Positions 55,079 to 64,000 of a stretch of 64,000 nucleotides of DNA are shown piece by piece. Positions within the stretch are counted from its first letter, which is position 1; each line of letters starts with the position of its first letter. This DNA is from Calcarisporiella thermophila CBS 279.70. Its lineage: Eukaryota; Fungi; Calcarisporiellomycota. The notes beneath the pieces are model-generated. The model was not told the DNA's origin. It did not search any database and saw only the letters and a list, made by a program, of their open reading frames with translations. The stretch is from positions 605,764 through 669,763 of the forward strand of contig NW_027192207.1 in assembly GCF_041956535.1 (NCBI RefSeq), read 5' to 3'. The translations under genes were made by a program, and so were the position numbers.

Positions 55079-57378
55079 TCAAAATTGAATAGATTTTGCC
55101 TGCTGAATAAAGGTGCGTATTTTAGCAGAGTCTTTGCGACCATCTGTTTCGACACCACTGCTTACGTCCACACACCATGGGTGCACTTTCTGAATTGCAT
55201 CCACCACATTGTCAGCTGTGAGCCCGCCAGCAAGTATTATAGGAAATTCATTTTCCCGTGATTCAACAACTCGCTTAGCAATATCCCAATCGAAGGCCAC
55301 ACCTGTGCCGCCATCGTGCTTGTTACCAGCAGGGGCCTTTGTGTCCAGAAGGCTGACATGGTGATAACCCGGTTGTGTGATTGATGGAACCAAATTGGCC
55401 GAAAATGAGTCGGCGTCCACATGGAATGCTTTAATACAAGGACATGGGAGGTAGCGTGCTACATCGGACGATTCATTACCGTGTAGTTGTACCAGGTCCA
55501 ATCCCAAAGTGCTTACTACTTGCACGATTTCTCCCAGAGGTTGATCTTGGAAAACTCCAACAAACAAAGGTTTGGGGCGGTGAGTCAAATGGCTTGCATG
55601 GATATCAAACCAATCTTGTGATTCACATGCATTTACAGTCGTTTCATCCTTAGTGCCATGGGATAGGGACCGAACTACTTTGACTATTTCTGCCGCACTT
55701 TCAAGTGTTACACGACGGCGAGATTTGGGAGCAAAAATCAATCCTATGAAATCTGCACCCGCACGAGCAGCCTCAATCGCATGTTCAATGGTGTTGATCC
55801 CGCATATTTTAACTAGGACACGGCGCGGAGGCGTTGATTCATTTTTTTGCGATTTAGTTTCTACTTCAAGGCCCAATAACTCGTTCATGAATTTAACTTT
55901 ATCCTGAGCACGCATGATAGCCTCCCCGACCAGTACAGCACGTACTCCTTGCTCGATATATTTGATAATTTCGGGACGCCCAGTAATACCACTCAGTGCC
56001 GCAAGTATCACCCCCTCGGGGACCAATTCTGCCAATCGAGAGGTGGTATTCATGTCAACGTTAAAGTCGTGCAAATTGCGGTTATTTACGCCGATCACAC
56101 GTGCACCAAGTTTTACTGCCCGGATCATCTCCTCTTCATTGTTTACTTCGACAAGTGGCTCCATACCGAGGGACTTAGCAAATTGATACAGCTCACTTAG
56201 TTGCTCGTCTGTGAGCATGGCTACAATTAACAGTACAGAGTCGGCTCCATATAGTCGTGCCTCAAGTATCTGATATGTATCGATGATAAAATCTTTGCGA
56301 AGTACTGCAGGGCGGTTTGGAAGGTGCGCAATCACCTGGCGAGCAAGACGCATATCATTGAGTGAACCTTTAAACCAACGTGGTTCTGTTAATACAGAAA
56401 TAGCCGAAGCACCCGCTTGGGCATAGAGCAGTGCTTGTTCAGCGGCGTTGACCCCAAGGTCTATATTTCCTTTGGTTGGAGAGGCGCGTTTGATTTCTGC
56501 CAATACTGCCATATTTCCATTGGCTTGTTGCAAGCGAGCTGCGAAATCAATAAGTGGTGGTGCAACATTATGGGATAGCAATTTTCGAAGATCGTCGGGC
56601 GATTGACCAGGCGTACTCTTCGCCAAAGCCACATCCCGTAAGCGTTGTTCTTGAATCCTAGTGAGGATACTTGGAATGGAATCTTTCAGCGAACCGTTGG
56701 ATTGCGGGTTATGGGTAACGCCAAAACCGGGATTCTCTGACCAACGACCACCGCGTAATTTCAAGAAGTTGCTAATGATAGTAAGTCCATGTTCGCTGAG
56801 TACACTCTCCGGATGAAATTGGACACCCTCAATGCACAGCTCACGATGTCTCACACCCATTATGAGGCCAGAGTCGGTCCAGCTTGTGACTTCAAGTTCT
56901 GGAGGGACTTTGGATGGGTTTCCGGCGAGAGAATGATAACGCGTCACGGATATATCAGAAGGTACACCGAAAAACACCCCCTTGCCATCATGTTTTATCA
57001 GACTCGTTTTACCGTGCATAAGCTCTCCTGCGTAGGTGACTTCGCCCCCAAACACCTCGATCATGCACTGCTCGCCCAAACAAACACCAAAAATTGGGAT
57101 CTTTCCGGCAAATTCTCTAATCACGTCATTAGATATACCAGCTGATTTGGCTGGATGACCGGGTCCGGGTGAAATTATAATGTTAATCGGGTTCAAAGAT
57201 TTGATATGCTCGATAGTTGTTTGGTCATTGCGAAAAACCTGATGTAAAGAGATGAATAATAGTACTCATTATCCATATGATATCGATTAGTCACCTCAAC
57301 TTTTGCACCGCACTTGCAAAGATATTGGTATACATTCCAGGTGAAAGAATCATAGTTGTCTATTAAAACTGTAGTCAT
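55079..57378 (-). CDS. TRP1: Trifunctional tryptophan biosynthesis protein (anthranilate synthase GATase + IGPS + PRAI), 2 exons
   Basis: [32 protein letters not shown]; [22 protein letters not shown]; [25 protein letters not shown]. Confidence 0.98.
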
Positions 57379-57535
57379 CGCTTGTTCACTGTCCTCTCTA
57401 GATGTTCAATTTATTTTAAAACTTATTTTTTCAAACCGTCTATGCGCTCACCCCAGATCCTAAAATCTAACTAGTCACAGAGTGATGTGGCTTTAAATTC
57501 TTTATTATTCAAGTTTACCATTATTGACTCTTTAA

Positions 57536-58649
57536 ATGACATCTGTGCGTAATATGGCAAAAGAAGAAGTAATTGAAGGTGAAATCGCTATTCAATCCTC
57601 TGATGTCGGTGATGAAGGTACATCTGGATCGGCACACGATGCCAACCTTTCATTGAACAAAAATCAGAGTGAGGAGACTATACCTTCAGAGTCGGGGGAT
57701 GTGCAGGAAAATGAATCTTATGACGCTGAGAGTCTGGAGAAAATACCACCTCATCTAAGAGATCGATTCGAGAAATTTAGGAAACTCACTGCTAGAAGAG
57801 TATGATTTATTTTGCTAGAAGACTTTGTTTTACAGGAGATTAACAGAAGATTGTTTTCACGATTAGGATGCTTCACGTCAAGCAAATCTAAAGGATCTAT
57901 ATGCAGAAGATCAAAAGAAAAAAATAAATCCTCGTTTTGAAAGAAGAAAAGAACGTAAAAAAGAAGAAGCAGAGAAGTTGCTTGCTCAAAAGGTTTGGAT
58001 ATTAGATAAATGGAATTTTTATACACATTACTTAAAATATTCCTGTATATAGGAGGCTGAGGAGCAGGGTGAGGATTATCAACGAAAGCAGTATTGGAAT
58101 TACTCTATTGAAGAAGTGGAACAATGGGAACAGCGTCAAGAAGAAAAGAGGAAGCGTGCGGATTTCTCATTCACAGGTAGAATTCAGCTCCTCAAACACT
58201 AAATATATTACACTGAGCATTCTAATTTTATATATTTTATCAATACTTATTATAGATCATAATCAAATGGCCCATCGCAAATATGAGAAGTTAACAAGCC
58301 AAATTAAACCTAACTTAGCTGAGTATAAATCCCATCAACAGCAGCAGGAAAATGAAGAAGCAGCAACCTCAAAGCCTCCTCGCGAAGCTATTGACAGAAT
58401 GGTGGTGGACCTGAATAAACAGTAAGAAATGATTATGAGAGCCATACAGGGGTTTATCTTGATTTTCTCTTTTCAATTTTTAGATTAGAACAACGGGAAA
58501 AATTTTCTCGCCGGAGGCCTTACAATGACGATGACGATATCACATACATTAATGAGCGAAATATGCGTTTCAATAAGAAAATCGCTCGGTTCTATGATCG
58601 CTACACCAAAGAGATTCGGGAAAACTTCGAAAGAGGGACTGCACTGTGA
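57536..58649 (+). CDS. SYF2: NTC splicing factor Syf2 (5 exons; alternative ATG at 57554)
   Basis: [77 protein letters not shown]. Confidence 0.94.
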
Positions 58650-58789
58650 TATATATATAAATTTTTTTGTAAAAATACTTTTATTTCTTAACGTATAGTA
58701 ATAAATACATATATATATGTGGAAGTTGGCAACAATGGGGTGAAGGGAAAGAAAATGCACAAATAATTTTGAATTTTGAATGTTCAGAG

Positions 58790-60510
58790 TCAATTATTTT
58801 CTTCCGTAATCTTAGCGCTTTCAGGTAAATTGTCCCAGAAATCCAAAAGAACATCTTTAGGTAGCTCTCGGAATGCAGCCGTGCGCACAACAGATCCATA
58901 TCGTAGGAACATATACTTTAGACATCGTAATTTTAGTCCAGGCTGCCTTGCATCCATTGCACGATGATAAATAAATGCAACATTCTCCAATGATAAATCA
59001 CGGTGTAATTTGTCGCAACATAATGCAGACAATCGGGGCATCATATAGAGGTTAGAGAGGACTAGAAGATCCCCAGCGGTCCTAGTGGATACGCCATCAA
59101 GTTTGTCTGTATACAAGTATGCAAGAAATGCACGCACTGTTTCATATGGTTCAGGAACAGTGAGGGTGTTCGATCTTGCCTCAGACATGCCAGCCTTAAC
59201 CATATTTTCGAAATGAGGCCATCTTGCCTGTAGTATTAATCTGTGAACATAGATTGGCGGCTGATTTTCTTCACCAGACACCACTACGAAATCAGACGAT
59301 GTAGGGTCATCGAATAGTTTATAGAATTCAGAGCCAAAAGTCGAAGGGGGAATGGTAAAAAGGCCATGCTCATGTAGATCTACTTTGAGCATCCTTGAGA
59401 AGTAATCGTCATCCATTTCTTCGGAGCCTAGTAAATAAAAAAGGTGATCTGAATCGCTCATAGCGAAATAGTGCCAATTAGCTTGCTCCAATCTCTGTCC
59501 GTCTTCGTACTGCTGCCAGTGCCATGAACGCAAATCCAGAGCCCTTATTTGTATCAAATAGTGCATTTTGAGATTAGGAAATTTAATATATAATAAGGAG
59601 CTGTTTAAAAATAAAATACTAACCATATACCTGCTGAAATTTCTTGAGCACCTGGGCTCAAACACTGCGTCACCACCACTATCAACTTATGACCGCATAA
59701 TTGTGCAAAATGTTGACCACTAGGGGCGGGACATTCACGAGCATCCACATCAATACCGCAAGACTGCATTGTATCGAGGTCGAGGAGATTGATTCGCGTG
59801 CTACGTTCTAAATCTACCGAATAACCACCAAACACATATATATGATTTGCGTGTGCAAATGAGGAGTGCTGATATCGGGCTACAAATTCGATAGGCGGCT
59901 GCCAAGTCCATGTAGTGAGATCGAGAATATTAAGGTCTTTTGTTACATCGCCATGGCCGGTATCAGCACAACAGCCTCCAGTAATATAGAGTCGATTATT
60001 ATAAACAACAGCACCGTGCTTAGTTCGACCAGTAGGTAATGATCCAGAAATTGCAGGGCGATCCCAAGTAAGAGTGCGTAAATCGAGTACAACGATATCA
60101 TTGCAGAACTGCTCGTCTTCGTCCCGTCCGCCGAATATAATTAATTTTTCATTCCAATATGAGGCCGAATGATCATTCCGTTTACATGGCGGGCGTCCTT
60201 TTGTGTATATAATCTGCTCCCAGCGTCGTTCTTTGATATCTAGGCGATAAAGATCGTTATAAACCTCGTCGGTGTACTGATGAAATCCTCCAAAGACGTA
60301 GATAAATTTCGGATGGCCATTACTTGAAGGGACAATTGTGACAGATGCCCCTACAAGACAACCAATCGAATGGCCATCTAGTTTGACAGGTAGTTGATGA
60401 ACTATCTGGTTGAGTGAGAAGGCAGAAGACCTTCTTCGTTTCAGACGAGATTGGATTGCGGGAGGAGGTTCGGCGAGAGAAGAAGGAGTCAAAGGGAGAT
60501 CCTCAGACAT
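58790..60510 (-). CDS. Kelch-repeat + C-terminal BTB protein (probable CUL3 adaptor), 2 exons
   Basis: IYVFGG, LIIFGG, LYITGG, IYVFGG kelch blades; BTB SDFVVV..IYVHRLILQARWPHF..AFLAYLYTD. Confidence 0.88.
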
Positions 60511-60597
60511 TAATATGGGGGAGAGATAAGAAGGATAAAAAAAAGAAGGAATAGATATGAAGCTTATGTAAATGTGAACACTATTGATAAATAAAAC

Positions 60598-60606
60598 GGT
60601 GGCAAA
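60598..60606 (+). promoter_or_regulatory. PACE-like GGTGGCAAA upstream of the kelch-BTB gene
   Basis: Exact match to the yeast Rpn4 element about 90 bp before the ATG; may simply be an instance of the general GTGGC motif. Confidence 0.3.
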
Positions 60607-62064
60607 AATATATAAAAGATAGCAAGTCTTCCAAAATAATAACCTTTCTTTAGTTTTATTTTTTCTTCATTTAATTTCTCTTATCCTTACTTATTAGCTC
60701 ACTGCTTTTCTGTTAACAAAATCTCTAATCATAAACTTCTCGGTGAGATGGCAAAAAAAAAAACTTGTGCTCAAATGATTAAATGTAAAACTTCAAATTG
60801 GTACCAAAATGATTGGAAAAATTGCAAAAATTGATCAGTAAATTAATGGCGAGGATTGAGGAAATATTCAAATGCTTGTAAAAGATAAGGAAGGAATGAT
60901 GAAGAAGTTCAATTGTAATTGAAATAAAATTATTCCACTTTCGTTTCGAAAAAAACAAAGAGTTTTATATTTACGGAGTTGAGGGTAGGTTTCATGACAA
61001 ATGGAATTTATATATTAATAACTATACTTATTCTGTGTTGAATTACGAGGATTAGCCCTAGGCTCATGCCAGTTCATTTACAATAATAGGAATGCAATGG
61101 CATATCATATCACTAGTTGGATTAAGCATAGTTACATTCGATGTTTTCATTGATATTGTGACAATAACCCACTGAATAGGTAGTGAATGACATAATTAAA
61201 GAATCACTGTTGAATATCGCATGAACATTATTTCAACGACTAGTTAAAATGGGTGTATATAATTGAAATAGTAGCATAAGATCGTTAGAAATACTTGAGG
61301 TGGCTTCAATATTTGGTTTAGCAACAATATTGGCAGCGCCAATACGAGTCGTGTGGTTGTAAACTAATGGTAAGTATAATAGATTGAAATGTCTCTATTC
61401 TGTTCATGACCTTGTGATACTATATATTCACAAAGTGATCAATAGTAAATATAAAGTATATAAAATGACAATTAATTTCCAAGGAATTGCTATTTCGAAA
61501 TATGGATAGGAGGTTAAAAAAAGAACACACCTTGAATTGAAAGTGCGAGCTTTTACTAGAGGAGGAAGTAGTAATTTATGTTAAGAAAATAGAAAGCAAC
61601 ATAGGAGATTTAATAAGATAACAAAGAGGTGGGTGAGCATAAATACCCGTCGTAGCACTATATCTTAAATGGTCACTTAGTAGACTTCACAAACTCCACT
61701 CTTTATATTCAATTGTTGCAAAATTCAAGCTTTTAAATAAACGCACAAGGAATACTCAAGTTTTCAACTGCATCATTATATCGATATGGAATAGGTGGGA
61801 GTGCCTTCATACTGATTGCAATTAAACTAGAAACGCCTAAATAAACGATTAGAACTCGAAAATATAATATCTCTTCTATAAGTGATAAAAGGAGCAAATT
61901 TAAAGATGATTTTGGGCGTGATTTCATTGTTTAAATCTCACTAAAGATTGCACCTAGGTTACCGAGTAATGGTAACAATTGCAGTTACGAACATAATTTT
62001 ATGTACTGTGTATATTGAAAGAACGAATAAACCAGTTTCATAATAAAGCATATAGTCATTTCCC

Positions 62065-63151
62065 TCAAACAATTCGCTCTAATTCTCGAGCATACAATAG
62101 AGATCGGTTGATGATATCTTCTGAATGGAGCTCTACCTTCTCGTCGTTAGACGTGGAGAAATAGATTTTCTGTTCTGCTGGATTAACATTCCATCCACGC
62201 TATTATAAAGATAGTTAGAGATTAAGAGAAAGTACACTTAAATTATAATATCCTACCTGCTTCGCAAAAGTTAACACACCTTCCATGTTGTTAAAAAACA
62301 GCATAGTCGCCATGTCGTGAAGTGGGAGACTGGCGTAAGCTTTTTCGCTGCAACTTGCAATTTCATTCCTAAATGATATTGGCATTAATTATTTTCAATG
62401 CGTTTCGAAGATAATACAAACGCTTACCTGATAGTTTCCATCAGAATGTCAACAAAGAATGCATACTCTTCCGCGGGCACTTCCGATCGAGCGTGCCATA
62501 CTTTATTGTAACTTCCTTCCATCAAACACTGCTCCAATTGTACTGGATGGCGTATATAAGCATTTCCGTGTAGTAATTCCGGGTCCAGCTGTTCAAGTGA
62601 CATATGAAATTCTGAAATACGATTTTGTGAGAGTAGACGCAAGAGATTAAGGCCAGTTAGTGGGTACATATTTTCAGAAGGGGGAAGATATGAACTAGAT
62701 TAGAAATATTTAGATTAAATTATAAATAATCTGGTAAAAAATATATATATTTATACCTATAATCGCTATAATAGGTTTTGAGTTGAGAATAATAGCGTTC
62801 AAAAGACGCTATATCTCTAATACGGACACTCCAGAACGCTCCGATCTCAAGAATTTCACCTATGAATACTAGTGTTAAAAGAGAAAAACTCTATACGAAT
62901 TGCATCAAAAAATTACGAGTCATTTGAAGCACATTTGGATCTAAATTTTCAGATGGCATAAAGAGTTGTCGTTGTGTTAATGCAACCTTTCAGAGATATA
63001 TGCTTATTAGAAAAATGATTCAGTAGATCAAAGCAAAATTAATGGCTACTTTAAGTTGCGAGAGTAGTTGTCCACATAATTGAAGATTAGGACTGGCCGT
63101 ATGGAATTCACGTTTCAATTTTTCGTAGATTTGATGAATTTCTTGATCCAT
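62065..63151 (-). CDS. RPN12: 26S proteasome lid subunit Rpn12/PSMD8, multi-exon
   Basis: [24 protein letters not shown]; [17 protein letters not shown]; [13 protein letters not shown]; [18 protein letters not shown]; YARELERIV*. Confidence 0.95.
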
Positions 63152-63426
63152 TTGCTACTGAAAGTATTGAGTAAGGAAGCAATGCAAATCTCGCAATGTA
63201 GATTACGCGTTCAAGGAAGGAGTGTCACTTCAAATAGGTTACTACTGTGCCACGAAATGCCGAATGAAGTGTCGAAACAAATTTATATAAAATTTGATAT
63301 TCAGTTTTTTAAATTAAGAATAACATCCGTTAGCATTGCATTGGTAATAATGAAAAAAATAATTCGTATTGGCATGCCTTATTCCAGTGCCTCATAAATT
63401 AGACTATTTTTCAATATAGCAACGTA

Positions 63427-64000
63427 ATGACTGATAACAGCAACATAAAGAATCAAAAAACAAATGGCTCGCAATCCGTCTCGAGTTTAGGCTTCATCTC
63501 ACCGGTTAATTCAGTAGGAGATGTCATTAACACAGATGCAGGACGTATCTTGTGCGTTGCTGATGTTCGAGGTATTCAAATTTGCTCATTATACTAAATT
63601 TAGTCTTTTATGAATGGTATACACTTAATGATAACCATATACCCTTAGGAAACATTTCCTTATTGAACCAGATAGCAGAGGAGACGAATGCCAAGTATAT
63701 TATCCATTGCGGTGACTTTGGCTTCTATGGTAGGTTTATTGTATCTCTGGAACGATTGTCATCCTTTAACAGGCCCGTATCTTGTTTTCTTCGCCCTGCT
63801 CTCATTTCTGGTCGTCAGAGAAAGAAAGCCTTACTCGTATCAGCGACAGGTAACATGAACTCCATCCCGTCGCGTATTGGCACACAGAACGCTAACCCTG
63901 TTACTTTCAGAACACTTAAACACGTGGTTCAGTACAGCACCCTCATCCCGCCCAGCATCCGCTCTCGTCTAAATTCGGCATCACCGGATGAGGTAAGGCA
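63427..64000 (+). CDS. DUF2433-type fungal metallophosphoesterase-fold protein, 5' part (runs off window)
   Basis: [52 protein letters not shown] after three GT-AG splices. Confidence 0.78.

Overview
Gene-dense, intron-rich eukaryotic DNA from a fungus, most likely an early-diverging lineage such as Mucoromycota (inference from U12 introns, an SLC35C1-type GDP-fucose transporter, ZNF277/UBE2W/RADX-like genes, a BTB-TLDc gene and a trifunctional TRP1). I reconstructed about 29 protein-coding genes by hand splicing. Most are housekeeping: OSBP, eIF4G, ATP5, Ran, RPS24, RPL11, UBA2, SEC6, MOCS2A, exportin-5, RIO2, UBE2W, aprataxin, TRP1, SYF2, RPN12. I saw no tRNA/rRNA, transposon, CRISPR array or secondary-metabolite cluster. 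Most notable: (1) a full-length RADX-like OB-fold ssDNA-binding gene, a family characterised in vertebrates; (2) two minor-spliceosome (U12) introns, an AT-AC intron in exportin-5 and a GT-AG intron in eIF4G; (3) an unannotated membrane-anchored protein with a permuted papain-like His...NC signature; (4) a plant-type LRR surface protein with exact 72/144-nt one- or two-repeat exons; (5) a Ras-like GTPase domain fused to REM-RasGEF; (6) a recurrent GTG[A/G]C[T/A] (HomolD-like) promoter motif, often paired. All family calls come from motif recognition, not database searches.
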